From Paramecium tetraurelia (lineage: Eukaryota): 64,000 bases of DNA. Location of the stretch: assembly GCA_000165425.1 (NCBI GenBank), contig CT868650.1, positions 186,001 to 250,000 on the forward strand. Direction: 5' to 3'. This document shows, piece after piece, positions 1-13,024 of the stretch (position 1 is the first letter of the stretch; each line of letters begins with the position of its first letter). The translations under genes and the position numbers were made by a program. Under the pieces are notes generated by a model. The model was not told where the DNA came from. It saw nothing but the letters and a program-made list of their open reading frames with translations, and ran no database searches.

Positions 1-732
1 TAACATACCTAGGAACAGGTTCATTCGTTTTTAAATTTTTATATATGTTCCTGTGGTGCTTCCGATATCCCTAATATAAAACTATAAATAGTCATTACAA
101 AGAGATATACCTTAGAATCTTAGTATGTAATCTCAGCATGAAATCTACTAATATTTTCTTCCAAAATAAGAATTTAATTGCTTGAATGTCTTCCAATCTT
201 TGCACCAGCTTGTTTGACGCAATAGAAATTGTTTTATTAACTCTCTAGAGGTTATAAGATGAGTTGATTTTCAATTAAATTGGTCATTTTGTTCTGAGAA
301 CTATATAACTCATCATATTGATTAATGATTGATTAGCATTATTTTTCTTAACAAGCATTTACATTCTTTTAGAGAGTGAATTCTTCATTGGGCTATTTTT
401 TTATGGTATTTAACTTAATTTAACATAAGTATATGCTATATTCTTTCAACCCTGTTGATATCCCTACCGATTAGATAATGGTTACAATTCATTAACTTTT
501 TTTTGATTATTTTCTAGCTGATTCCCAATTCTTCTTCCAAATCGTTCTCCGTTATTTCTTCCAGAATGGAGCCATCGATTGAGCAATTCACTAAGATAGA
601 ACAAGGAAACAACATACCAAACTTGTCCTCCATCTAACCCAGTCCAATAAATTGGAGCCAAATAACAACATCAGACACTTGCCATTTCTTGGGTTCTTTT
701 GGCAAGAGTAAATAAAGAGAATCATAATCCAT
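1..732 (-). CDS. SAM domain + FHA domain protein (runs off the window edge)
   Basis: Ciliate-code translation MDYDSLYLLLPKEPKKWQVSDVVIWLQFIGLGQMEDKF..IDGSILEEITENDLEEELGI (SAM). Later KIGRHSSNQILILEENISRFHAEI..IRDIGSTTGTYI carries the FHA GR/S..H/GT motifs. Short GT-AG introns. Confidence 0.8.
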
Positions 733-791
733 TTATAAAATATTAATATTCCCGAGCTAATCCAGTTTTATTTAGTGAGAAAAATAAAAGA

Positions 792-2230
792 TCATTTAAT
801 AAAGGCTATCACAATTGTAATATCGTCTATGACTTCGTCCTCTCTTTACCAAGCCTCCCTTGCTAACTAAACCAATTTTTAACAAGCTCCTTGGCTGTCA
901 TCCCTTTTGTAATATTCATAAACAGTCTCAACAACTTATTCATTAGACAGAAATCTAAAACATAACAATAATGATATACTCCCAAATTCCATCCGAAGCA
1001 ACAACAATAAACTTGTCGCATGGCAAAAGAGAATGCTTAAAAATTTCAGGTTCACAAATTACTCCAACTTAACTGGCAACATAATCCCCAAAACTCCTTG
1101 ACATAGCTAACCCAGGCACATCTTCATCCTACTTCCAAACTCTTGCTGGTCCTATAGGATTTCCGTCTTCGTCACTGTAAGCCTATACTCTCCCTCCTCT
1201 TTAAAGAATCCGAGCCTATTCCAAAAAGCAATCTGGCTTATGATCTTTCGATAATTCTATAACAGATAGTTTGTTATCGAATCTGCCAATGATGGCTCTA
1301 CTATCTCCAATATTTGCACAATATAACACATTATCAAAAGACAACACAATAACAGTTGTTGCCCCAGAGTATGTTATATCAATTCCACTATCCATCAATT
1401 CGTCGCTTGTTTACAAAAAACAATTTTTGAGCACCAAATTAATTTACTTATCTCTTTCATAACATGTAGTCAAATTGACTACTCCCTATTCTACGAATTG
1501 AGGAAGTACTTCTCTTAAAAACTAGGCTACTTAATGACCATTTGTGCCATGTCCATCAGAAACTTGAATATACCAATCATTTTCTCTATTACAAAATCTT
1601 TAAATTAATTTGTAAATATCTTAATTTGTTTTAGTTTATCCATTGTAGAGCATACCTGCAGCACTTTGTCCATGTGCTTTCGCTATTTACAATTGCATTG
1701 TAGAGATGTCTGGATTGCTGATTGAACGAGGTCCCTTAAATAATTTAGGCTTTAGTATTAACTATTGTTATTATTTAGTCATTTCCATTAATTTTTAATA
1801 CTTTTTCTGAATCGTTTATTAGTTATAAAGATCTTTTGGTTATTAAATTTGAGATTGTTTATTTTCGCATTTGTCTTATTTAATTTTTAGTAGCAAAGAG
1901 AGAGCACTTGTTGAAAGATTCTAGGAGTTCTCCTTAGTTTCAATTAATTTGCTATTTTAACGTGCATGGGTTTTCTTTAATAAAACACTACTCACATCTT
2001 TGAAATCCTTTCCACTCGCAGGCCTAGACTTTTTTGCTTCTATTTTTGAAGTTCCCCCGCTATTTCTGTTACTGGAAACTAAATATCTAATTTTTATAAC
2101 AATCACATCCTTACTTATTGGCTGTCACTATAGGGGATTTTAAGCGAGCCTGTTATTCTTGCTCGTTCTTCCTTTTCAATAAACTAGCATATAATTTATC
2201 TGGTGATATTTACGAAACCTTCTATTTCAT
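792..2230 (-). CDS. Protein phosphatase 2C (PPM family)
   Basis: Motifs DGHG, SGATT, ANIGDSR, SKDHKP, GLAMSRVFGD, ASDGIWE, DDITIVI. TGA at 792-794. Long low-complexity N-terminus. Confidence 0.93.
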
Positions 2231-2267
2231 CTAATATTTTGTTAGTTAAATATAATTTATTATTATT

Positions 2268-3534
2268 ATGATATAAAATGTGATTGATGTAGTTGAGTTC
2301 CAAACTACTTCCCAATCCCTATTTTCAAAGCAAACATATTACACAATAAAAGGATCTGACAAAGAAGGAAATTTCGAAGTGCATCGTAGATTCAAGGATT
2401 TCGTCGCTTTAAGAAATCTCCTGGCTATTCAATGGCCAGGATGCTATGTCCCAAGTTTACCTGGCAAGAAACTCTTTAATGGAAATGATGCTAAGACAAT
2501 CAATGATAGAAAAAAATTCTTGCATGCTTTCTGTTAGAAGTTGAGTCTATTGCCTCATCTATTCCAAACTGAAGAGGTGTCACAAATATTCTTAAGATCC
2601 AAAGATGAGAAAGTCTATAAAAAATTGGAATCTATTAAATCTCCATCCACCCAAGATCTTCTTGTAAAATACTAAACTATATTTGCTGATATTTTAGATG
2701 TATTAATATTTGATTTAATGTGAAGGTCGTGATCGAAGCAAGCACACTTAAGGAGATTGACAATTTTGCAGATTAAGTAAGAAATTATAGTATAAAATTA
2801 AAAAACATAAAAAAGATAATTAAGGATAGTGTGTAATCAGGTCGGAATTACAACAGTTGTTTAGAAGAAATCATCAAAACTAGATTAATAAATTTTGAAA
2901 ATTCATTTGTTTTTTAGTTTGTAAACTCAGATGCGTCCTTGTTAATTTTTAATCGAATTAAGCAGGAATTAGTTGACACTTATCAAGAAAAATAAGTTTT
3001 TACTCAAAATAACATTGAAATCTTGTTAGATTTAATCAGATTAGAATCTAAGGATTGTAAAGTATGGATTAATTATTTATGATTAAGATTGTGTTGAAAT
3101 AAATCAGTGACAAAATTAATTTAGAGAATAAAGTTAAAAACCTAGAAAATAAAATTATAGAATCAGAGAAACAATTAGAAAAGTTGAATTAAGGAAAGGT
3201 GTCCTTTAAAAATTTGATTAAATAGAAATCACCTGAGGATGCTAAAAAAGAAGTTGAATAAGAAATAGCTGATATTGTTAAAGAATTAAAATATCTATCA
3301 GAATTAATTGTTTTGATTAATAAAATATTGGCACTTAAAGAACGAACTAGATATGAAAATGATAAAAACTAATAATTTAAAGAAATAATGGAGGTTTTGT
3401 AATAGATGGAATTAGAAAGCATTAAAATAGAGTCATAATATTGGGGATTCATTTTAAATGAAACAAATTAGCTTATTAATAAAACATAATATCAATAATA
3501 ATAATAAATAGAGTGTTAGACTAATGTAGAATGA
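2268..3534 (+). CDS. PX-domain sorting-nexin-like protein with C-terminal coiled-coil/BAR-like region
   Basis: MIQNVIDVVEFQ..VHRRFKDFVALRNLLAIQWPGCYVPSLPGKK (PX). Introns near 2700 and 3062. TGA at 3532-3534. Confidence 0.85.
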
Positions 3535-4132
3535 ATTTTAAAATGTTAAATGTCTCATAAATATTAATATTTAATCCATAAGCTAAAATACATATTTTTA
3601 TTAAGTAATAAATTAGTAATGAGTAATACTACAATTATTGAAAACTTTATATAATATATATTCTATCCAATTTTTGATGAGATTAATTCAGTTAGTATAG
3701 AAACACGAAAATTTTAGATTCTTCATTTATTCTATATGTTAAAAGTAATGAATTTATTTAACGTGCTATTCATAAATGGTTTATCATTTTAATTACAAAT
3801 TAACCCCAAATTTAGCTTGAATTGAATCTTAGATTACTTCCTATAACCGAATTTGAATTTGTTCTAAAATTAATTCCTAAATAGATTTTTCAGTCTTTAT
3901 AAGAACTTTTTTATAGTCGTATTCACTCTTGAAGTGTTTTCAGATGTTATTAGAGTTATAAATTTTAGATAATAATTCCAAAAGAAACTTGGCTAAAATA
4001 AATGCGTATTGGAATCAATTTGAATGGATATTCATCATTATCTCTTTGTAGATAACATTGTACAATTTTAGTAAAAAAAAAATTTATAGTTAAAATGTTT
4101 CTTCTTCATATATTATTTATTATATTTCTAGG

Positions 4133-4903
4133 TCAATTATCTTCATTGTCAAGTTCTCCTCTTAAGCTATCAACCATTTGTTCAGTTTATCTTTGTAACT
4201 CCTCTGGTGATAATTCACTTTAACCTGGAGTCTTTTCATATGCTGCTTCTAAGTCCCAGCTTGGTGCTTATTCCATCTATGGAGTTTCAGTCTATTGGAA
4301 TCTGCTTTCAAATTGAGACATTTCCAAAAGTGATAATTCTTCTGGAAGCAATTAAAGTGGTTTACCATTCTCATCTAACAAATCTAATTTATCAATAGCT
4401 CGGACATAATCTAAATTTTCATCTTATGGAATATGAGCCATAGGAGGGGATGGTGAATCTTCAAGAAGAGCTTATTTTCCCATATCAGGTGATGAACCAT
4501 CATTTGTGAATAAATCTGCGAAATTAATTTCCTTTTAAGGGGTTTAATCTAATGTTTCTTCTACGAAAACTTAATTTTCATTGTCAGCAACTTGTGCAAA
4601 TGACTTATGAGCTTTATTCAAAGCATTATGAATAGCATTTCTTTCTTTTTATTCAGCCTTTTCAATTCTGTCCTAGTTTGTTAAAGCATTGACAACGACT
4701 TCTGAAGAGGAAATAACTCCAATATTATTGCTCAAATCATAAGACTCTCCAACATTTTAAGATCTATATTGCAATTATACAATTTGTTACTCAATTTGAA
4801 CCAAATCTTTGGCATGCTTAGTTCCTTTATTTGACTTGTGTTTTCTAATATTTGCTCCATTCGCTAATACTAAAATCAAGAGAAGGATAACTATGAATTT
4901 CAT
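4133..4903 (-). CDS. Secreted acidic protein of unknown function
   Basis: MKFIVILLLILVLANG signal-peptide-like start, one short intron, acidic body, TGA at 4133-4135. Confidence 0.75.
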
Positions 4904-5359
4904 TTGATTATATTATTAATCCGTTTTATATTTATCTAAAATAAATATTGTACTCTAATAAAAATAGTCTTCTATCTTTTTCCTTATTCACTTAATGAAA
5001 AATACAACACATTAACATTTATCATAGATTAGACAATATAAAATTCAGAATCAAAGAAAATTTTAATATAAAACATATTATTTAGCTATTGAAAAAAATT
5101 GATTGTAATATAGGACTTAATTATAAATTGTTGAGACAAATAAATAACTAAGCTGAATAAACTCAATTGAATCAATATTGGAATAAGAAATGAATATTTA
5201 TAATTTTTGATGTAATTTATTATTTTTTGACCTTGCTTTCATTACTCTCTTTTAGATGTTAAACTTATAAAGAAACAACACCTAGTCTTTGAAGACTTTT
5301 AAAAAAGTAATATATGAGGATTAAGAAAACAAAAATGATCAAGTTTTTTATAATAGATA

Positions 5360-6307
5360 TCAATTACACAAAAATGAATTCAATATACATTACTTATTTA
5401 ATTACGTTAGAGAAGCTCTATCTAACTAAATCATCCACCTTTGTTTATTTATATGATTCATTAGAATCTATATTTTATCTGGAATCAAATTCATTATATT
5501 TTTTAGAGCTCTTTCTATCTCACTTTTAACTTTATTAAAATGAACACTTAGTATGGTAACTATATGATCATAAAACATGAAACTAACTCCTCGTTTATCG
5601 TAGTGTTCGGCCATGAAATTTAACATATCAAGATGTAACTATATTTATTCTTTTGTGAATATTGTTTTCTTCAACTTAACCGGTCTTATATCAGGACAAT
5701 CATTCAAATCAAAATCATTATGATAGATTTTAAACTATGATCCAAATTGTTCAAAATCTTCACAATTAATTGTTGATAAATATTGTTTGTGTTTAATTTA
5801 AACTAATTAATCGAGCTTTTCTCTTAATGATTGTATTCTTTTATTGATCAAATCAGATAATTGTGCAATTTCTTAAGAAGATTTTACAATTATTTTATTA
5901 TCACTCTTGTTAGAATTAATTTACGATGGATGCTAAATCACTATTCCATCCTAAATCACTTTCAATTTATATAATTTAGGATCCAAATTTAATAACTAAA
6001 GTACTTATATGATATCTGTGAAATTATTCTGGACTGTGAACTATATTTAACATTAATTTCTTAAGTAATTCATTTCTATCTTGTTGCATAAATCCAAAAG
6101 AGATGCATACTTCTTTGGAAGTGGATAAAAACCACCTTTTTAATGCACTCCGAATTTTTATCTTAAGCTTAAGAAAGGAATAAAGGATGGATCCTATTTT
6201 CTTGTGATAGCTGATGTTGTTTCATCTTCAAATGAGTTAAAAAGGTCTAATTTCACCTTCTTAAGTGTAGGTTGGATGCTATCACATATAAATAAGAAAT
6301 CGGACAT
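5360..6307 (-). CDS. CDT1: CDT1-like DNA replication licensing factor (compact, intronless, 315 aa)
   Basis: LPKKYASLLDLCNKIE and RIQSLREKLDQLVQIKHKQYL..YHNDFDLNDCPDIRPVKL resemble the CDT1 central domain (LPxKY..; WHPxFxVDxVPDI). The C-terminal region fits a winged-helix MCM-binding domain. Confidence 0.65.
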
Positions 6308-6520
6308 ATAATTTTATTATTTCTCCCTCTCTCATTAACCGCACTATTTTAATTATAATATGTGCGCCTAAAATTAAATGTATAATTAAAATTTGACTAT
6401 AAATTTTGCCGATATTTGACACACTAAAAATTGATTTGCAATACCATCCAAAATTAATTATAATTCTTATTTTCTTAAATAATATATCACAAAAATAAAA
6501 TGTATAGCATAATATAAAAT

Positions 6521-7168
6521 TCAAGAAAATAATCCTTTTGGACCCTCTTCCTAGATGATGTTTTTCCAAGCTCCCCTATCGATATTTAACTTTATTTCTT
6601 ATTTCTCTTTCACTCTCTATAATAATTTGTTAGCTTTTTCAATTTTAATTGTTTTTTTATCTATTCCCTTCACAATTTCTGTTTTGATTTATTTCTTCGC
6701 CTACTCTATTTTTTTCTCTTCATTCTTTTTTATCAATCTTTAATCAATATTATTTGGATCGAATTTAGGAACAATCAAATTATATTTCTTTTTATCAGGC
6801 TTCTTTTAATAAGAAATAAAAGCAGCATCATCAGGCATTAACTTTGCAAGAATCTATAATTATTAATTCACTTCGTCTTAATATGATTTTATTTGTAATT
6901 CTTTTTCATCGATTTCCTTCTCCAAGTCTTATTCTTCATCAGAACTCTCTTCTATCAAATCTTATTATAAGTCCTTGAATTTCTTATTCAATTTTTCAAC
7001 ATTCAGATCATCATTAAATTTTTCATCCAATTTAAATCTTTTATCTCCTTTATATGATTTTTGCAATTCAACTAACAGTTAACCCTTCTTGCCTGTAATC
7101 TTTTTCTTAAATTCGACATCCTTTACATCTCCTTTCAACCATTCGTCAGCAAGAATTTTCCTAGCCAT
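6521..7168 (-). CDS. Nucleolar protein NOL8-like fragment protein
   Basis: GKKGQLLVELQKSYKGDKRFKLDEKF resembles the conserved NOL8 motif GQKLMxLQSxFGxDxRFRMDxRF. Acidic and lysine-rich tracts follow. Confidence 0.55.
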
Positions 7169-7771
7169 ATAAATAAATATATATAATTTCTCATATTATA
7201 TATAAATTTTATCTCAACGAATGAATTACTATCCAAAATGATTACATTGAGTAATACTCCTTCTTTGATTTTTATATATTTCTTACAAAAAGAATTTATT
7301 AGAGGATCGAATTTGTGTTTTAGTAAATGTATTAACATGTATATTATATACTGGGTACTTCGGTAAAAATCCATTACTTATATTAATTAAGTAATTGTTA
7401 TTATAACAATTTGATTCCAAAATTTATCATGCAAGTTCTATAGTATTTCAAACTAATTTGTTTAAAATAAATAGCTTGCCATTTAGATTCTCAATAAATT
7501 TCCTAATTTGTGAATAGTTACAAATTAATTAGTTTTGTTAAAAATATGAATTTCTATTAGGTTCATTTTTTTAATCTACAAAGTGTCCCATAAAATTATC
7601 TTAATTAATTAGAGAGGAAACCATCACCTCTTAAATATAATAGGTAATTCTTATAGAATTTAAATAAATAGAAGTAACCCTAAAGGTATGAATACTTAAA
7701 CGACGAATTATTGTGAAAAATATGAATTTAAGTAATTTATACTAATAATAATTAGTTATTTATTTTAAATA

Positions 7772-8505
7772 TCATTAAAGGAAAGTATTGAGTTATGGGT
7801 TTTATTACTGTCTCTAATTTAAGAGATTGCTTTAATTCAATTAACTTTTAAACTTTTCAAGATGTTATCTACCCATTGATATATTTTTGCTCACTGTAGT
7901 ATCATTTCTAAACAATTTTATAAATTATTTACCTGCCCTAAACTATGTTTGATGTAGGGTATTTATTAGTTGTGTATGAATTATTGATCTGAAGTTAACT
8001 CTTTTGATAGCCAGAATCATGAAAATCTAATTAAATAGGAGGTCTTATTTATTAATTCTAACCGACTTCTATTTATTAGTTAGCATTAACGAATTATTGG
8101 GCACCATTCTATGTTAATTAAATAAAAATACCACATAATTTTATGCATTTATATTTTTATTAGCCACTTATTATTGATTTTAAAGTGTTGCTTTATTTTC
8201 TTAGGTTTATACTTATTACTCCTCCTCAGAGTCTGAGTTGGAAGATTCTTCGCTTGAATCATCATTAATCAAATAGTTTTTTATTTATGGGTTTGCCAAT
8301 ATGGTTTACATTCCTTATTTAGCCCTTAACATTGTGGCTTATTGAGCATCTTAAGTCCAAATGTAATCCGGATAAGGGTAATCCACATAGATTGGTTTGA
8401 ATATGGGTACCTATACAGGAATTTGAACTTTCTAATATATTGGATAACAATATTTACTTGGATTCTCATTTCTGCATAATTAATACGATCTGGTGGAGGA
8501 AGCAT
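7772..8505 (-). CDS. Hypothetical Q/N-rich protein
   Basis: MLPPPDRINYAEMRIQ/KVQIPVQVPIFKPIYVDYPYPDY.. reads open after removing three 23-26 nt GTA..TAG introns. TGA at 7772-7774. Confidence 0.7.
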
Positions 8506-8615
8506 GTTTTAAATTAACGATTATAAAATAAATTAATAATTAAAAATAATATTTTTTTGCAAAGCCTATCAAATATTTTCTGTAGAAATAACTTAATTTA
8601 TCATATATAAGCAAT

Positions 8616-9710
8616 TCATTTCATTTGAGCTTCATGTTCTACTTTAAATGGGTACAGAGAATTATGATTCCATGGACATTATTTAACTGTTCTTAATATA
8701 TTTTATGGATTTAAAACCATTTCCTCAACTCTGACCATGTAGTAAAGCTCCTTGAAATAATCATCTTCTAGATTCTTACAATATGAATAGTATTGTGGAC
8801 TTATCTTTGAGTATTCTGGAAGGTACATAACAATCCCAGGTTCTATTTATTTAATTTGTTATTTGAATTATTCGAGAAAGTCTTATGCTGAATTCTCTTC
8901 TTATTTGATATCGTTTAGGATTGTTTTAGATCTTTAAATAGACTCGTCGTCCTCCTGTTATTAACACTCCTTTTTATCATTTGACTTTTTTATCTTTTTC
9001 TTTGGTTTTAGAGATTCATTTGATGGATCATTTTAAATGAACTTTTCAAGTTCTTCCACAAAGACTTTCATTTCTTTTGACCATTTAAATTTCTAATCCT
9101 TAATCTTTTCGAGCAGAGTCCTCATTTTGTGATAGTGAGTTTAATTTACTTTGACTAAAGGAGGATGTTGATTACATAATTTCATTTAGGTAGAAATCTA
9201 TTTTGATTCACTTACAAAGTCTTGCCCTTTTGACCACTTCTTTTATTTTATCTTAATTCCATTATCCATGTTCTCATTGGCTTCCCCCCCTTAAATATCT
9301 TATTCTATCTGATCTGTTTAATTATTTGAAAGAGTTGGCTCTTTGTAGAAACTGGAAAAGTCAAAGCTATTATTAATCCTTATGCAAGCTTCTACCAAGA
9401 AATTTTAGGAGAATTTTTATTATTTATCTTATAACTCTTTTGTTAAAAAGTCTGCTACCTCCTTTTGAATGTTTTTGGGCAACTCTATCAAAGATTTCCA
9501 TACGGATTGATTAGGATAAGACTAGAGAGAGGCACACCTGTTGGGACACCCAGGTTTTATACTTACACAAGTTATTAAAGGGTGATAGGGAAGTCCTTTA
9601 CTATTAAAAAACTTGCGTAGGATGTTTAAAGCCATTTTCATAAGCAACTTTTTCATCTTTTCTTCCTTTTATTGCTTTTTTATAGAATGAGGATTCTACT
9701 ATTCTTACAT
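8616..9710 (-). CDS. Hypothetical protein with an apparent +1 frameshift near 9635
   Basis: Long TGA-free frame from about 9634 to 8616. The ATG-bearing frame (MQEQQNPHSIKKQQKEEKMKKLLMK) joins it if one A of ATGAAAATGG is removed. Confidence 0.55.
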
Positions 9711-10705
9711 TATTTCAGATTTAATTTATTCAATCTTTTAATTTTTTTTGTGGCTTTATAGCAATATAATTCTATTATTCAGAATTTATTCATTTAAATA
9801 CAGAAGTTCATTTATTTCAATAACTTATGTGTGTCCACAGAATAATAGTATTTTTATTAATTATTTTTGAGCCTCATTAACAGAATGATTTAAAATCTTA
9901 AATAGATTTTGTGTAAATGAGATTTAAACTCTAGATATTCAGTCCTACAACCATCCTCTTTTAATATTTAAAAAAGTCTACATCACGAGGTCATCAAAAT
10001 TTGTAAATCAGCTCATATTTAGATTTCTCTTCTGTGTAGTGCGAAACTTATTTAAATTTCATATGCTATTCAGTTGTAATAGATTTAGAATTCTATCCAA
10101 TTTAAGTGGTTTCTAATTCAAGAAAATGTTTAATTATTTTTAAAAGTATGTTAATATTTGGTAACCCTTTTTTAATTACTTTTATATTTTGTTTTCACAA
10201 TTGTATAATTACACAATAGATAATTGTTTTTATTTATTAAGGTAAGTTTAATCTGAGTCGTTAATTTTCCTAAAATTTAAATGTTAATAAATTATTCATA
10301 AATTCTATTAAACTCCATTTTTATAGAATTATTTCCTCAAATAATGCAAAACCTTAAAGGAGCAATTAATATCAATAACTTACAAATTTAGAACAAACAA
10401 ATTGAATAATTAATTGAATCTCTTGAATTTAAACAATTTGATTTTTCAATTCATTCTAATACCCTTTGCGTTGAAGACCTTAACTGTTAGTGATTTGCAG
10501 GTATCCAAAGGGCATTTCAGTGCTTTGGTTTCAAAGCTCATTTTTCCTTAACAAAATTTTGAATTTGTTGCTAATTTTAAACAATGAAGGATTTCAATTT
10601 CTAAAAAGAATGAATTAGAATTGTATAAGTGGGAACAAGAAAGCTTCAAAGCAATTAATTTTTTAATAATATGATTTTTATTCTATCATAATATTTAGAT
10701 AATAT

Positions 10706-11824
10706 TCATGAAGTTTTGGTTTTCTATTAATTCAAATGGTAAACTTTCCTCATCAAATTTAATTTTGTTTCCTATTAATAATAAAAATGATTGAATACAT
10801 TATTTCTTGCCTTTCTGAAATTGAAGTAGTCCTTATTGGTTCCACAGAGGGTGTCCCAATAATAGAAGAAACTAGAGAAATTTCCAATATTATGTGAATG
10901 ATGATAATGGTGATATTCTGATGAACCAGAGAATGGTAATAATCTATAAGGGGACCAGGAGAACTCATAGCCACAATGTCCATCGATGGTTTCAAATACT
11001 CTCACAATGTACCAGAATCCCAAAGTATACACATGCATGTGGGAACCCAAAAGTAATGGTCCCAGGGCTGTGGCTGTGGAAGTTAGTACAAATTCTATTG
11101 GGTGTTAATACTCGGCAGCCAAACTAATGGTATTATAGAATTCGTGATGTTTTTTATGAATGTGGTAAAATCTTGGACTGTGTAAAGTTCGATGCAACCA
11201 ATAGAAGGAAGCATCTTCTACAATCATACAAAAAGCTATTTGCCATGCCAGTTCAAAATAGGATGGGATACTTGAAGAATCATGTCTGAACTTTTGGCCG
11301 CCATAAACACTGCCAACAGTTAGGAGGGAGGAAATTGTGGAATTAAGAATCCAATTAAGAAGAACTTTCTTTTTGGTTTGGTTCCATGATTCCTAGCTCT
11401 TTTCCCAAGGCCAAGGATTCTAAGAATATTATGATATTTTTAAATTACATTATCAACTTTATATCTTTCGAAGAATGGCAATTTCAAAGAGTAGATGATG
11501 TACATGTAAATGTTTCCAATTACATAACTTAGGTTGGTTGTACTCAACTAAACAAGTAGGAATATTTTAATTTCTTAAAAATATAATCTTATTTATTACC
11601 TTCCATACCTTCTAGATAGGAATGAACAAATAACATAATGTGAGGAACTGTCAAATAAGTGGATAGAGCTATGAAGATGGCCACGATTAATCCATAACCT
11701 TATTTTAATTAAGTGTAAAACCTTTGCGTACATATCGGTTCTTATCTTTTTGAATGGCATCATCGATGGCTTCGATAGTGGCCAAGGAAGCGATTGAGAG
11801 ATCGCTTTAACTAGATGCTTCCAT
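10706..11824 (-). CDS. Fatty-acid-hydroxylase/sterol desaturase superfamily protein, C-4 methylsterol oxidase (ERG25/SC4MOL)-like
   Basis: Histidine boxes HRTLH, HKKHH, HHYHH. Also ETIDGHCGYEFSWSP and GNFSSFFYYWDTLCGT. Several short introns. Confidence 0.88.
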
Positions 11825-11870
11825 AAATGTAAATTATAATAATGAAATCTTTAAATTAGAATTATTAATA

Positions 11871-13005
11871 TCATTTTCTCATTACATTTGTTCTTAATGT
11901 TCCATTGCTTAAAATGGAAGTAGACATGTTTTTAAAAACTGAAGGCTGTTCATATGTGCCTGGTCCAGGAGTCTTATCATTCTTGGTGAAGTCAGACTTT
12001 TTGCCATATCCTAAGGTGATCTTATTAAATCTTGAAGGTTCAATGATCTAAGTCTTGATTTCATAAGTGTTCGAGGCAGGAACCTTCTCTTAGAAAGTGG
12101 CCAATGGCTTAATCTTTGATCCAATAGTGCATGCGGGCTATAAATAATGCATTTTCAATTTACTTTATTTGCACCAATCAACTAGGTGACTTCATATGAG
12201 TTGGGACTAGGTCCTTGGACAGTATGCGACATCTTGAATCTCTCGCTTTAGGACCAATTGGTCCTTCGGTATTGGGATGGCTATTTGATTTCTTCTTTGA
12301 AGTAAGCATCAGGAGGTGGATTCTATTCAGCATTCCTTTGAACATATAAGGGAGAAATGAATTTGCCGCCATATCCAAAGCCAGTTGATCGGCCTTGGGA
12401 TCCAACGGAGTCTGGAATGCTGTAATTGAACTCAGTTCTGAGAGTTAAGTTTTTATCGAATCTAAAATAATGACAGTGCTGACCTCTGAGCTTTTGAAAA
12501 GGACACTTCAGGTATGCTGTGTCTGAGTGAGGAAGCAGATTGATACATTGAGGTTCCTTTGCCTTATTCAACTAATTTGTGTCTCAATTGGGATAGCTAC
12601 AAAGTCGATAAAGTTGATCCATTCATAGCTGAATTGCCTGTTACTCCTTGAGTGTTGGCATTGCCACTCCTGACTTTGAAGGACAATGCAAAGGTATCTC
12701 CTGGTTGAATTGGTTCTTATTTAAGTTACCCATTTTCAAGTAACAATTTATATGTTGACTACATTTCAAGATTGTCTGGAAGGATTTCAGCATTGTAATC
12801 ATTTACCTTAATTGTAATAGGTTAATTGCCTTCAATTACTGGAACCAGAATATTGATTGGTGATCGATCTAAAAGCTATGCGGCTATAAAAACCTGCTTT
12901 GGTAACAAGGTTGAAGAGTATGTCATCTTGTTGTTTCAATTCTACCTTGATTGGTGAATTGTCTTTAACAAGAAATAACTTCATGTCTTATAATCGAATG
13001 CTCAT
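11871..13005 (-). CDS. SHIPPO/STPG-repeat (ODF3-like) ciliary protein
   Basis: Repeats GPSPNSYE, VPASNTYE, TPGPGTYE with GFGYG/LGYG spacers. Three short introns give one continuous frame. Confidence 0.8.
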
Positions 13006-13024
13006 TATTTTTTATTAATAATTA

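Noticed and set aside
3619..4110. Possible small gene between the PX gene and the secreted protein
   Set aside because: Frames on both strands hit TGA and no consistent intron model or motif was found.
7429..7715. ATG-to-TGA frame of about 95 codons on the + strand
   Set aside because: No motif, and long TGA-free frames arise easily by chance with a single stop codon in AT-rich DNA.
9951..9974. Short similarity CCATCCTCT..AATATTTAAAA shared with 44719-44738
   Set aside because: Only about 20 nt with a gap and largely AT-rich. The flanks do not align, so it is compatible with chance.
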